From contig JAZDMI010000021.1 in assembly GCA_043801155.1 (NCBI GenBank), positions 66,683-130,682 of the forward strand: a DNA stretch of 64,000 nt. Direction: 5' to 3'. This document shows positions 48,829 to 58,958 of this stretch, piece after piece. This stretch comes from Candidatus Gottesmanbacteria bacterium. GTDB taxonomy: Bacteria; Patescibacteriota; Microgenomatia; JAMCYU01. A program made the translations under genes and the position numbers. Position 1 is the first letter of the stretch. Each line of letters begins with the position of its first letter. Below the pieces are notes generated by a model, which made no database searches, was not told the DNA's origin, and saw nothing but the letters and a program-made list of their open reading frames with translations.

Positions 48829-50016
48829 ATGGAAAAAAAGAAACTGATTATTTCAATTGCATTAGGATTAGTCTTATATTTAATTTCTACCGGAATTTCA
48901 TTTGCCATCTTTAACTCAATTAAACCTTCAGCCAGCCAGCAAGTTGCCTCGCCACTTCAGGGTGATCAAGGCGGATATGATGTTGATATTTCTGGTCCTA
49001 AAACCGAAGCGTGTCCTTTAAACGGGGCAATGTATACTAAAAACGAAAAAAATGTTTGGGATAAAAGAAGACCATTGGCAGTTATGATTGAGAATCATTC
49101 CGAAGCTCGTCCGCAATCGGGTTTAAGTAACGCCGATATTATTTATGAAGCAGTAGCCGAGGGCGGAATAACCAGATTTATGGGAATATATTATTGTGGA
49201 GCTGCTGCCAAAAATTTAACACTAGCACCAGTTCGTTCGGCGAGAACATATTTTGTTGATTGGGTTTCCGAATATGATGCTCTATATAATCATGTCGGCG
49301 GAGCTGGAAACTGTAATGATGATACAGTCGATCCGCGGGCTAAGGCTCTTTGTCAAATCGGTAAATATAATATAAAAGATATGGATCAGTTTGGATTACC
49401 TCTTAAAACAGCAGACAAGAAATATTATGTTTGTGCCAGAAATCCAGATAGGTTAGATCATCAAGTTGCCTATGAGCACCAGATGGTTTGTTATACAAAT
49501 GGTCTTTATACAATTGCCAGCGAGAGGGATTGGACGAATGTTGATGGGGAAGGAGTATCGTGGGACCTGAATTTTACTAGTTGGAAATTTAAAGAAGATA
49601 TTAAAGTAACAGAAAGACCGGCAAGTTCTTTGGTTGAATTTTCCGCCTGGAAAGGCTACGACAAAGAATACGGTGTGAAATGGGAATATGATAAAACCAC
49701 AAATAGTTATAAGCGTTCTAATGGAGGAATACTGCAAACCGATTTAGAAACTAAACAGCAATTAACGGCTAAAAATATTGTTTTGCAGTTTTCTAAAGAA
49801 ACTGGCTCGGTTGATGAACATGCACATCTTCTTTATCAGACGATTGGTGAAGGTGAAGCGATGATTCTACAGGATGGTAAAAAGATAGAAGGGACTTGGT
49901 CAAAAGACGACAGAACCTCAAGAACAAAATTTTTTGATAATAATGGGCGAGAAATTCAATTTAATCGGGGACAAATTTGGATTGAGGTTTTACCAACAGG
50001 AACAGCGGTTAAATAA
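48829..50016 (+). CDS. DUF3048-family (YerB-like) secreted protein
   Basis: N-terminal TM/signal, ...RPLAVMIENHSEARPQSGLSNADIIYEAVAEGGITRFMGIYY... ATG 48829 preferred over the track start. Confidence 0.7.
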   Translation: MEKKKLIISIALGLVLYLISTGISFAIFNSIKPSASQQVASPLQGDQGGYDVDISGPKTEACPLNGAMYTKNEKNVWDKRRPLAVMIENHSEARPQSGLSNADIIYEAVAEGGITRFMGIYYCGAAAKNLTLAPVRSARTYFVDWVSEYDALYNHVGGAGNCNDDTVDPRAKALCQIGKYNIKDMDQFGLPLKTADKKYYVCARNPDRLDHQVAYEHQMVCYTNGLYTIASERDWTNVDGEGVSWDLNFTSWKFKEDIKVTERPASSLVEFSAWKGYDKEYGVKWEYDKTTNSYKRSNGGILQTDLETKQQLTAKNIVLQFSKETGSVDEHAHLLYQTIGEGEAMILQDGKKIEGTWSKDDRTSRTKFFDNNGREIQFNRGQIWIEVLPTGTAVK

Positions 50017-50061
50017 AAAATATTCTAATTTAATGTTCTTCTGTCCAGAAAGGGAGAATAT

Positions 50062-50637
50062 ATGCTAGAAGATCTTATTATCTCCCGCGTTCGGGTTAAG
50101 CTTCTAGAGCTTTTTTTAATTAATCCGGGGAAAATATTTCATGTCCGAGAGATGGTTCGCCGGACAGATGAAGAGATTAATGCTGTCAGAAGAGAACTTG
50201 CCCATCTTGAAAAGGGTGGCATGGTTACCAAAGAACCAAGGGCTAATCGACTTTATTATGCCTTCAGGAAAGACTACCCGTTATATTTCGAACTTTTGGA
50301 ATTAGTGGCTAAGACCTGTGGGCTTGGACGGGAAGTTATTAAAAATAAAATTAAATTAGGAAAAGTAAAATTTGTCATGTTATCAGGAGCATTTATCAGG
50401 GGGATACCAGTATCACCGGAAAAAGTTGATCTTCTGGTTGTTGGGAATGTTGTTTTACCGGAACTATCACAAATCGTAAAAAATGAAGAAATTAGACGTG
50501 ATAAAGAAATAAATTACACGGTGATGACTGAAGATGAATTTGGATTTAGGAAAAGAAGAAGAGACCCGTTTATTTTGAGTATTCTTGAAGGTTCAAGAGT
50601 GATGATTATTGGTGATGAAGAAGAATTGGTAAGTTGA
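50062..50637 (+). CDS. winged-HTH regulator fused to a degenerate nucleotidyltransferase-like domain
   Basis: N-terminal wHTH (ISRVRVKLLELF...VREMVRRT). C-terminal LSGAFIRGIPVSPEKVDLLVVG resembles GSxxxG...SDxDLLV with the second Asp lost. Confidence 0.5.
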   Translation: MLEDLIISRVRVKLLELFLINPGKIFHVREMVRRTDEEINAVRRELAHLEKGGMVTKEPRANRLYYAFRKDYPLYFELLELVAKTCGLGREVIKNKIKLGKVKFVMLSGAFIRGIPVSPEKVDLLVVGNVVLPELSQIVKNEEIRRDKEINYTVMTEDEFGFRKRRRDPFILSILEGSRVMIIGDEEELVS

Positions 50638-50843
50638 GTATGACACAGAAAATTCTTAAGACGGGGAATAGTCTAGCAGTTGTAGTCCCGGCGGATTTTG
50701 CCAAATCAATCGGCGCCAAAGCTGGAGATGATATTAAAGTTTTTACCAAACCGGAAAAGGGCGAAATCCTTTATAGATTCTCCGGCGCCCAACAATTACC
50801 TCTGTCCGAAAATTTCCTTAAGTCCTCTAAAAAAAGGTTTTAA
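50634..50843 (+). CDS. AbrB/MazE/SpoVT-fold small DNA-binding protein
   Basis: ILKTGNSLAVVVPADFAKSIGAKAGDDIKV swapped-hairpin motif. ATGA-coupled to the preceding gene. Confidence 0.65.
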   Translation: MSMTQKILKTGNSLAVVVPADFAKSIGAKAGDDIKVFTKPEKGEILYRFSGAQQLPLSENFLKSSKKRF

Positions 50844-51826
50844 TATCCTAGTATTTTTTTAATTGGTTCTTTTATATTGACAAACCACGTACTGTTATAA
50901 AATGGCATTCTTTGAACTCTAAGATAGACATTAGCGATGATGGTCGACAAAATTATTCTTGGTAAATTCTCTTTTGTTCTCCAGTTTAGTTGTCGTTCGT
51001 AACTTCGATGAGGTTTAAAATGGACTTGGCATTTATCAATAGAATCGCCAACAATTTTAATATTTTTAGGGATACCCATATAATAAAGATAACCAACATC
51101 TTCAGGATTAAAACCCATAACTCTAGCTGCAATCACATCAGCACAGATAGGATTTGCAGAAGTAACAACAAAATTTGACTTGATCGGAGTACCTTCGCCG
51201 GGACCATTGCCTTCCATACCGACAGTTCCGTCAATGATTGATAAATGCGGAGGTACTATTTTTGCTATTTTGGCTAAATTCAGATTCATCTTTCTTGTTC
51301 CCTGATGCATCAGGGGTCGAGTATTTAATGAACCCATCGACATATTTTTTAATGACAGGGTAACAATTACCTCATCATGAGTTTTGGCCGGACCAATCGA
51401 GATTCTCATATCGGAGTTAAGGATGGTTTTTGATACACCAATATGTATCCGTTTGCCAAAAGCACTAGATATTGAAAAATTCTGAAAATCATCTTTGGCC
51501 AAGTCAACCAGTTCAATGTGGTATTTTTTTACCAGTTTCATATAACCAAAATTTTTATATCCCTCAAAAGCACTGGCAAATGCAGCATTTTCAGCAATCA
51601 GTATTTTATTTTTGGTGAATTTTTGGAGAAAGTCTAGTGTAGCTTTAATGGCGTCCACATGAGTGGCTGCCAGTTGATTACTCGTTGAGACAAAATTAGG
51701 TTTTATAATAATATTTTTGGCTCGGCTTATTTTGGGTCCGAGATCTTCCTCTAAAAGCCGTAATGCTTTAGCAATATTTTGATAACGGTTATATCCTTTA
51801 ACTAACGATACTTTTGTATTAATCAT
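50840..51826 (-). CDS. DUF362-domain protein
   Basis: ...IIIKPN...IIDGTVGMEGNGPGEGTP... Typical DUF362 core. Confidence 0.7.
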   Translation of the reverse strand: MINTKVSLVKGYNRYQNIAKALRLLEEDLGPKISRAKNIIIKPNFVSTSNQLAATHVDAIKATLDFLQKFTKNKILIAENAAFASAFEGYKNFGYMKLVKKYHIELVDLAKDDFQNFSISSAFGKRIHIGVSKTILNSDMRISIGPAKTHDEVIVTLSLKNMSMGSLNTRPLMHQGTRKMNLNLAKIAKIVPPHLSIIDGTVGMEGNGPGEGTPIKSNFVVTSANPICADVIAARVMGFNPEDVGYLYYMGIPKNIKIVGDSIDKCQVHFKPHRSYERQLNWRTKENLPRIILSTIIANVYLRVQRMPFYNSTWFVNIKEPIKKILGY

Positions 51827-51932
51827 AAATTAGTCGTGGTTTAGTTAATCGTAAATCCGAATTTTAACATAAATTACCCTGTTTTTATATGTTTAATTGT
51901 GTCGGAATCAGATCTATAATATAATACTTGCA

Positions 51933-53288
51933 ATGAGGACGAAAAGACTATTGATAATCATCATTATAATGACTGTCTTGGCAGTGATAATCGATCTGCC
52001 CAAGAACTACCCCTTGAAGATTTCCCTAGGATCATTAAAGATTAATCAAAATATTTCATCTCCGGATATTAATATTTCTTTAGGATCAATTAAAATTCAA
52101 AAAGATATATTTACCCATCTGGGTCTTGACCTTCAGGGAGGAACTCACTTAATATTGCAGGCTGATATGAGAGGTATTAATTCCAAGGATAGAAATCAGG
52201 CTCTTGATTCAGCGCGATCTGTTATTGAACGCCGGGTAAATCTTTATGGTTTAACCGAACCAGTTGTCCAGGCTTCAAAAGTAGGCGAGGATTATCGGAT
52301 TATTGTTGAGCTCCCGGGAATAAAAGATAAAGATAAAGCTATTTTGGAGATTGGTCAGACAGCCAAACTTGAATTTCGTGAGTGGAAATCAACTGAAAGT
52401 GCATCATTTAGTTTTAATGATACAAAGGAGACTGGAATTACCGGAAAAGATCTTAAAAGCGCAGCTGTCGAATTTGATACCAATACTGGAGCTCCGTATG
52501 TGGCGATTGAATTTACCAATGAAGGTGGAAAAAAATTCGGAGAACTAACAACAAAATTAGTGGGAAAACGTATGCCAATATTTTTAGATCAACTGGTTAT
52601 TTCTGATCCAACAGTTCAGGAGCCGATTACCGGCGGCAAGGGTAGAATTACCGGTCAATTTACCATGGATGAGGCTAATCGTTTTGCCCGTCAGCTTAAT
52701 GCTGGTGCTTTACCTGTACCGATAAAGGTTTTAGAAGAAAGATCAATTGGGGCGACTCTAGGCCAAGAGTCAGTTCAGAAAAGTATTCGGGCAGGATTAA
52801 TCGGATTAGGTATCGTGGCAGTCTTTATGTGGTTATACTATGGATATTTAGGATTTTTAGCTGATATTGCCCTAATCATCTATGGTCTGTTATCGCTAGC
52901 TGTTTTTAAACTTCTGCCGGTAACTTTAACGCTACCCGGTATCGCTGGTTTTATTCTCTCGATTGGTATGGCTGTTGATTCTAATATTTTAATCTTTGAA
53001 CGGATGAAAGAAGAACTGCGAAGCGGAAAACAATGGCAGGTAGCGATGGAATTAGGATTTGGACGGGCTTGGGATTCGATCAGGGATGCAAATTTTACAA
53101 CCCTGATAACTTGTTTTATTCTTTTCAATCCCATAAATTGGAGTTTTTTACCGTCATTTGGTTTAGTCAGGGGATTTGCCCTGACATTAGCAATCGGAGT
53201 ACTGACGAGTCTTTTTACCGGTATTATCGTTACGAGAACACTACTGCGATTTTTCTTTAAGGGGAAATGGAAAGGTTACACAACATGA
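51933..53288 (+). CDS. secD: protein translocase subunit SecD
   Basis: N-terminal TM, large periplasmic domain, C-terminal 5 TM with ...GIAGFILSIGMAVDSNILIFERMKEE... Confidence 0.88.
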   Translation: MRTKRLLIIIIIMTVLAVIIDLPKNYPLKISLGSLKINQNISSPDINISLGSIKIQKDIFTHLGLDLQGGTHLILQADMRGINSKDRNQALDSARSVIERRVNLYGLTEPVVQASKVGEDYRIIVELPGIKDKDKAILEIGQTAKLEFREWKSTESASFSFNDTKETGITGKDLKSAAVEFDTNTGAPYVAIEFTNEGGKKFGELTTKLVGKRMPIFLDQLVISDPTVQEPITGGKGRITGQFTMDEANRFARQLNAGALPVPIKVLEERSIGATLGQESVQKSIRAGLIGLGIVAVFMWLYYGYLGFLADIALIIYGLLSLAVFKLLPVTLTLPGIAGFILSIGMAVDSNILIFERMKEELRSGKQWQVAMELGFGRAWDSIRDANFTTLITCFILFNPINWSFLPSFGLVRGFALTLAIGVLTSLFTGIIVTRTLLRFFFKGKWKGYTT

Positions 53289-54166
53289 TATATTTCATGA
53301 AATATAAATGGGTATATTTGTTAATATCATCACTGGTACTTGTTCCGGGTATTATATCTTTACTCATGTGGGGTTTAAATCCTTCAATTGATTTTACCGG
53401 TGGGACACTGCTTGAATATCAATTTAAAAATAATATATCATCCGAAAAAATAAAATCGATTTCCGGAAAGTATGGATTTCAACTTAATTCAATCCAACTA
53501 TCCGGAAAAAATAGTTATCTTCTAAGGCTGCGAACAATAACTAACGGTCAGGAAGAAATTTTACGTAAAGATTTCGGAAAAGATGCCGGTGAAATTCCAT
53601 CATTAGTTCGTTTTGAAACTGTCGGGCCAATACTCGGAAGCGAGCTCTTACAAAAAACTTTTATTGCGGCTATTCTGGCGACGTTAGGAATCCTTAGTTA
53701 TGTTGCCTATGCATTTAAAAATATTAAATATGGAGCATCAGCAGTACTGGCTCTCTTCCATGACTTGTTAGTGGTCATCGGGACTTTTTCTCTATTAGGA
53801 CATTTTCACCATGTTGAAGTTGACACTCTTTTTGTAACTGCGGTTTTAACAACGATGAGTTTTTCTGTTCACGATACGATTGTGGTCTTTGATCGAATCA
53901 GGGAAACCTTACGAAAAAATCCCGGACAAGATTTTGAGACAATCGCGAATCAAGCAATGACGGAAACAATGGGTCGATCATTAAATAATTCTTTAACCAT
54001 TGCTTTTATGTTATTAGCCTTACTTTTATTAGGCGGAACAACGATCAAATGGTTTGTATTCGCTTTACTTATAGGAACAATTTCCGGAACTTATTCATCT
54101 CCATTTGTCGCCACCCCAATTTTGGCGATTTGGAATAAATTCGAAGAGAAAAGAAAACAAGGGTAA
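53285..54166 (+). CDS. secF: protein translocase subunit SecF
   Basis: ...DFTGGTLLEY..., C-terminal TM bundle. Overlaps secD by 4 nt. Confidence 0.88.
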   Translation: MIYFMKYKWVYLLISSLVLVPGIISLLMWGLNPSIDFTGGTLLEYQFKNNISSEKIKSISGKYGFQLNSIQLSGKNSYLLRLRTITNGQEEILRKDFGKDAGEIPSLVRFETVGPILGSELLQKTFIAAILATLGILSYVAYAFKNIKYGASAVLALFHDLLVVIGTFSLLGHFHHVEVDTLFVTAVLTTMSFSVHDTIVVFDRIRETLRKNPGQDFETIANQAMTETMGRSLNNSLTIAFMLLALLLLGGTTIKWFVFALLIGTISGTYSSPFVATPILAIWNKFEEKRKQG

Positions 54167-54237
54167 ATATTATTTATATACTTATTTAATTCCAAATTTG
54201 ACTTAAGGATTGATTTTATTATAACATCAATATATTC

Positions 54238-55893
54238 ATGTTTCGTAAAGCGGTAGCCGTAATTGGTTTTCTCCTTTTCTTCCATCTCTTGTATTTTGAC
54301 AACTTCATCATTCTTCCGGGAACCTTAGGTTTAGCGATTTTTTTAACTGTTAGTCATTTATTTCTATGGACAGTTTTTTGGAGAAACAATTTTATAAAGA
54401 TCTTTTCTTATGGTTTATTTTTCTCACTTGCCTCAATCGTACTAGCCTGGTTATCGGTACTAAAAGGTGACATATATTTTATTGGTTCTATACTTTGGAT
54501 GGGTTCACTGGGTTTTGCATTTTTAGCTATATATAACTTTTCTGCGAAAGAGCCTTCGATCAAAACAGTTACTGAACTATTAGTGTCCCCCTTTTTACTT
54601 ACTTGGTCATTTATTGCCTCGTTTCTATCTTTAGAGCAACAATATAAATCAATTAGAATTGGTAATCGTGATTTACGCAATAAATATATATCAATAGTTC
54701 TGGGTTTAATTATTGCTATTCCCGTATTATCAGTGCTTGTTGTCATATTATTTTCAGCTGACCCAATCTTTAATAAAATATTTACTAATACCTTTTGGTT
54801 CTTTAAGGATTTTTCGCTGGTTGCCAGAATTATTGTAACTATATTATGGCTATTATTTTTACTTCCTTTAGCTAACTTGATAATTGATAATCGGTTATTA
54901 ACTAAATACCTTAAAATTAATAGCGGACGTTTTGTAATTGAAGCAACCATAGTTATCGGATTAACTAGTCTTTTGATGGGGTGGTTTTTGCTAGTCCAAT
55001 TTAAATATTTATTTGCTAATGTCCCCGAAATAGAACTTCACCAATTTAGGGTTCAAACTTATTCGGAATATGTCAGCCGCGGATTCGGTGAATTATTAAT
55101 TGCGACAATATTTATCTATTTTTTAGTTAGTATAAGTCTTTATATCTTGCAGGGTATTAAATCAGACTGGCTTAAGAGACTAAATCTTTTACTACTAACG
55201 GAATTAATATTACTTTTAGTTTCAATTTTAAGACGATTAATTCTTTATCAGTATTATCATGGACTAACAGTTGCTCGTATATATGGATTAATTCTTTTAT
55301 TATGGATAGCGGCAATGATTATCTTGATGATTATTAGACATTTTTCTCAAAGACAATTATTAATTTTTGAGATTAGTGTGAGTGCAATAGCGTTTTTCCT
55401 TGTCGGAGTTGTAAATGCTGACAGAATAATTGTCCAGTATTATCCTCCTCTTGTTAATAATGAGATTGATCTAGTTTATCTGTCAAACTTATCCTCTGAT
55501 GGGTATTCTGGTTGGCTAAAGGCCTACAATTGGTCAAAACATGTTTATAGTATTTTAAAAGTTAAACCATCACTTAATGCAGCTGATAATCGTATTCGTT
55601 TATATGCCATAGGTATTATGTACAACCTAAAGAATCATTACGAAGGTTTATATTCTTTTTATCATTCTTATGGGAACTATCCTAAACCAGATCGATATTT
55701 TTCAAAAATTAAGTCTGATTGGCATTATTATAATCTTCCTCAATATAATGCATTTAACCTTATGGTAAAGGATATGCCATATCCGGAAATAAATAAATAT
55801 ATTGATGAACTTAATCAACTGGAAGCTCGTGTCAGTCAAAGCGAGAGGGACAAAACATTTCTTGACCGCGCACCCGGCCGGCTTTTAAGATGA
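54238..55893 (+). CDS. large hypothetical polytopic membrane protein
   Basis: 551 aa with more than 12 TM. Confidence 0.5.
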   Translation: MFRKAVAVIGFLLFFHLLYFDNFIILPGTLGLAIFLTVSHLFLWTVFWRNNFIKIFSYGLFFSLASIVLAWLSVLKGDIYFIGSILWMGSLGFAFLAIYNFSAKEPSIKTVTELLVSPFLLTWSFIASFLSLEQQYKSIRIGNRDLRNKYISIVLGLIIAIPVLSVLVVILFSADPIFNKIFTNTFWFFKDFSLVARIIVTILWLLFLLPLANLIIDNRLLTKYLKINSGRFVIEATIVIGLTSLLMGWFLLVQFKYLFANVPEIELHQFRVQTYSEYVSRGFGELLIATIFIYFLVSISLYILQGIKSDWLKRLNLLLLTELILLLVSILRRLILYQYYHGLTVARIYGLILLLWIAAMIILMIIRHFSQRQLLIFEISVSAIAFFLVGVVNADRIIVQYYPPLVNNEIDLVYLSNLSSDGYSGWLKAYNWSKHVYSILKVKPSLNAADNRIRLYAIGIMYNLKNHYEGLYSFYHSYGNYPKPDRYFSKIKSDWHYYNLPQYNAFNLMVKDMPYPEINKYIDELNQLEARVSQSERDKTFLDRAPGRLLR

Positions 55894-56594
55894 AAAAACT
55901 AATTGTTAATGCTGACGATTTTGGGATTACTAAATCGGTCAACGAAGGAATAATTCACGGATTTAAGAATGGAATTATTACCAGTACTTCCCTAATGGTC
56001 AATAGACCATTTGCAGATGAAGCGGCTCAATTGGCAAAAGAAAATCCAAAATTAGGAGTTGGATTGCATTTTGAAATAATCGGGGACGACAACCAAGTCT
56101 TAAGGGGAATAAAAAAAGTAACTGCTTATTTATCAATAGGATTATTTCAGGTTGAAAAAGCAAAAAGACTTTTTTATTCACAGTTAAAGAAATTTAAAGA
56201 ATCAATTGGTAAAATGCCGACTCATATTGACGGACATTATCATGTGCATAAACTGCCCTCGATATTTCCGTTCATATCAGAATTTTCTAATAAATATAAA
56301 ATTCCATATCGGATGATGAAAGAAATTAATTTTATTGGTGAATATTCTGATTATAATCATCCGGAAAATGCCTCAATAGATTATTTGACTAAAATATTGA
56401 AAGGATTACCTGATAAGGTATCTGAATTAATGACTCATCCAGGTTTTTCTTCGGATGAACTGCGGAAGATAAGTTCGATGTCAGATTGCCGGGCAACCGA
56501 ACTCAAAACATTGACTTCATCAGAAATTAAAAAAATTATTGAAGAAGAAAAAATTCAGTTGATTAACTGGAGTCAAATTGATATCATGATTTAA
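55890..56594 (+). CDS. ChbG/YdjC-family carbohydrate deacetylase
   Basis: MKKLIVNADDFGITKSVNEGII... Diagnostic YdjC N-terminus. HxH metal site. Confidence 0.8.
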   Translation: MKKLIVNADDFGITKSVNEGIIHGFKNGIITSTSLMVNRPFADEAAQLAKENPKLGVGLHFEIIGDDNQVLRGIKKVTAYLSIGLFQVEKAKRLFYSQLKKFKESIGKMPTHIDGHYHVHKLPSIFPFISEFSNKYKIPYRMMKEINFIGEYSDYNHPENASIDYLTKILKGLPDKVSELMTHPGFSSDELRKISSMSDCRATELKTLTSSEIKKIIEEEKIQLINWSQIDIMI

Positions 56595-56614
56595 ATCATA
56601 GTATCAAAATTTAT

Positions 56615-57112
56615 ATGCTCACTAAGGCTTCGGACCTGAAGGAAATAATTGAAAAAGGGATAAAAACCCCAAAGACAGTCTTTCCGGAAATTAAAATATT
56701 GGCAGCAGATGTTAGATGGGAGATAAGAGAAGTGGCAGCCACAATCCTTTCGGAAATGAGTAAAAAGAGACAAGAAGCAGTAATAAATGAAATGATTTTT
56801 TGGAGCAAAGATCAAGATGAAAATATTAGAAGGACAAGTATCGAGTCCTTAAGATATGTATGCAGAAACAGTCCTGATTCTATCCGCCCAATTCTGGAAA
56901 TACTAAGCAAAGACAAAGCACTTTATGTGAAGAAAGCGGTCGCCCACATTTTGAGGGAAATCAGCAAAAAAAGCCCAGACTTCGTTTATTCGTTATGTAA
57001 AGTATGGGCAGGCTTTAACAATAAAAATACAGATTGGATAATTAAGGATGGGATGAAGAAACTCAACAAAGAAAAAGAAATGGAGTTAATTTCTCTTCTC
57101 AAAAATGATTAA
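56615..57112 (+). CDS. HEAT/ARM-repeat protein (AlkD-like)
   Basis: Repeated helical pairs ...IREVAATILSEM...IRRTSIESLRYV...VKKAVAHILREI. Confidence 0.5.
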   Translation: MLTKASDLKEIIEKGIKTPKTVFPEIKILAADVRWEIREVAATILSEMSKKRQEAVINEMIFWSKDQDENIRRTSIESLRYVCRNSPDSIRPILEILSKDKALYVKKAVAHILREISKKSPDFVYSLCKVWAGFNNKNTDWIIKDGMKKLNKEKEMELISLLKND

Positions 57113-57989
57113 CAAAATTCAGGTTAAGTCTATCCTAAATAAACATAAGAAACGTGATAATTAGTTCCTTGATGATTATTCAATAAATCCTTACTCTGGT
57201 TGTTTATTTAATTGTCTATATTGTTATATTAGGGGAAGTAAATACGGAACTAATATGGCAAAGACATTGTCAGTCAAAATCAATGCTCCCGAAATATTAG
57301 AAAAAGAATTACAAAAGAGAGCGGAAAAAAAGGAATTTGGAATTATTACTTTATCTTCATCTACAGATCCTTATCAGCCTATAGAAAAGGAATTAAAGAT
57401 AACCAGAAAGCTACTCAAGGTAATTTTAAAATATAAATTCCCGTTAGAAATTGCAACCAAATCCACACTCGTCTTACGGGATTTTGATGTCCTGAGAGAA
57501 ATCGATAAACAAGCTATTCTGCCGGATGAACTAAGTAAGATAGACCACGGAGTAATAATAACTTGTTCTATTTCTACTTTAGACGAAAAACTGGCTAGAA
57601 TTCTTGAACCCGGTGCCCCATCACCAAGGGAGAGAATGGAAACGATAAAAAAATGTAAACAAAAAGGATTTTTTGTGGGAATAAATTATATTCCGGTTTT
57701 ACCATTTATTTCTGAATCAGATAAGCAAATCGAAATAATGGTCAAAACTGCCAAAGATTATGGAGCAGATTTTGTTTTTATAGGAGCGTTAACTCTTTTT
57801 GGTAAAGATCCTGCAGACTGCAAAACTCTTTATTATGAATTCTTAAGAAAATATTATCCTGAACTTATCCAAAAGTATAAGAGCCTATATAGAATTTTTT
57901 TCGCACCTCCAAAAGATTATCAGAAATCTTTAAAGGAGAAGGCTAAAGTATTTTGTAAAAAGTACTCAATTGCTTATGGTCTACTATAA
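57105..57989 (+). pseudogene. SplB-like radical-SAM DNA-repair (photolyase-family) gene interrupted by an in-frame TAG at 57162-57164
   Basis: One frame reads [47 protein letters not shown]..., then the 244-aa ORF. The stop falls where a Trp (TGG) is expected. The ATG overlaps the preceding gene as ATGATTAA. Confidence 0.6.
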
Positions 57990-58056
57990 TTATTCTTATA
58001 AAAGGTTTCTTGACACTTTTCGATATTTTTGACAAAATAGAGTTATTCTATATCAT

Positions 58057-58956
58057 ATGTTAGATTGGGTAAAAAGAAATAAGATTGCTGCTTTAATTAT
58101 TCTGGTACTTCTTGTACTTCTTATTAAAAGCAATTTGTCTAGTGTAGTCCCGTTAATTCCTACAACAGGTGTTTTAAGAAGCGATATGATGGAACAAAAG
58201 ATGGCTGTTCCGGGATCGTTTGGGACATCGTCGATTATGCCGCCTTCAGATCAATATACGCCAACACAGACGCAAAACCGACTAGTTGTTCAAGAGTCGT
58301 CAATGTCAATGTTAGTTTCTAATGTTCGTAAAATAAATGACCAAATTGTTGACAAGGCAAAAAGTGTTGGTGGTTATATGGTTAATACCTCGTTAACTAA
58401 TCCGCAGGAAGCTCCTTTTGCAACGGTAACTATCCGTATACCGGCAGATGAGTTGAAAACAACTCTTGACTATTTCCGAACGTTGGCAATAAAAGTTACC
58501 TCAGAAAATATTTTAGGAACTGATGTTACCGACCAATATGTTGATGTTCAGGCAAGACTGGCGACCCTGGAAAAGACAAAAGCAAAATTTGCAGACATTA
58601 TGGACAAGGCCGTACAAGTTCAAGATATTCTGACTGTTCAACGCGAACTTATTAATATTCAGGATCAAATTGACTCATTAAAAGGTCAACAACAATATCT
58701 TGAACAGACAGCTAAACTGGCAAAAGTAACAGTATCCTTATCCACTGACGAATTTGCACTCCCATATGCACCAACTGGTCAATTTAGGCCGGAAGTAATT
58801 TTCAAACAGGCCGTCAGATCAATGGTAACCAATATTAGAGACTTAGCTGGAGTATTAATTTGGGTAGTAGTTTATGGTGTAATTTGGATACCTCTAGCAG
58901 TTATTGTGTTTTTAGTTTGGAGAAAGAGAAATAAAAAAGTAGTCCAATCTTCTTAA
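58057..58956 (+). CDS. DUF4349-family protein (N- and C-terminal TM anchors, coiled coil)
   Basis: ...QYVDVQARLATLEKTKAKFADIMDKAVQVQDILTVQRELINIQDQIDSLKGQQQYLEQTAKLAKVTVSL... Confidence 0.65.
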   Translation: MLDWVKRNKIAALIILVLLVLLIKSNLSSVVPLIPTTGVLRSDMMEQKMAVPGSFGTSSIMPPSDQYTPTQTQNRLVVQESSMSMLVSNVRKINDQIVDKAKSVGGYMVNTSLTNPQEAPFATVTIRIPADELKTTLDYFRTLAIKVTSENILGTDVTDQYVDVQARLATLEKTKAKFADIMDKAVQVQDILTVQRELINIQDQIDSLKGQQQYLEQTAKLAKVTVSLSTDEFALPYAPTGQFRPEVIFKQAVRSMVTNIRDLAGVLIWVVVYGVIWIPLAVIVFLVWRKRNKKVVQSS

Positions 58957-58958
58957 GG

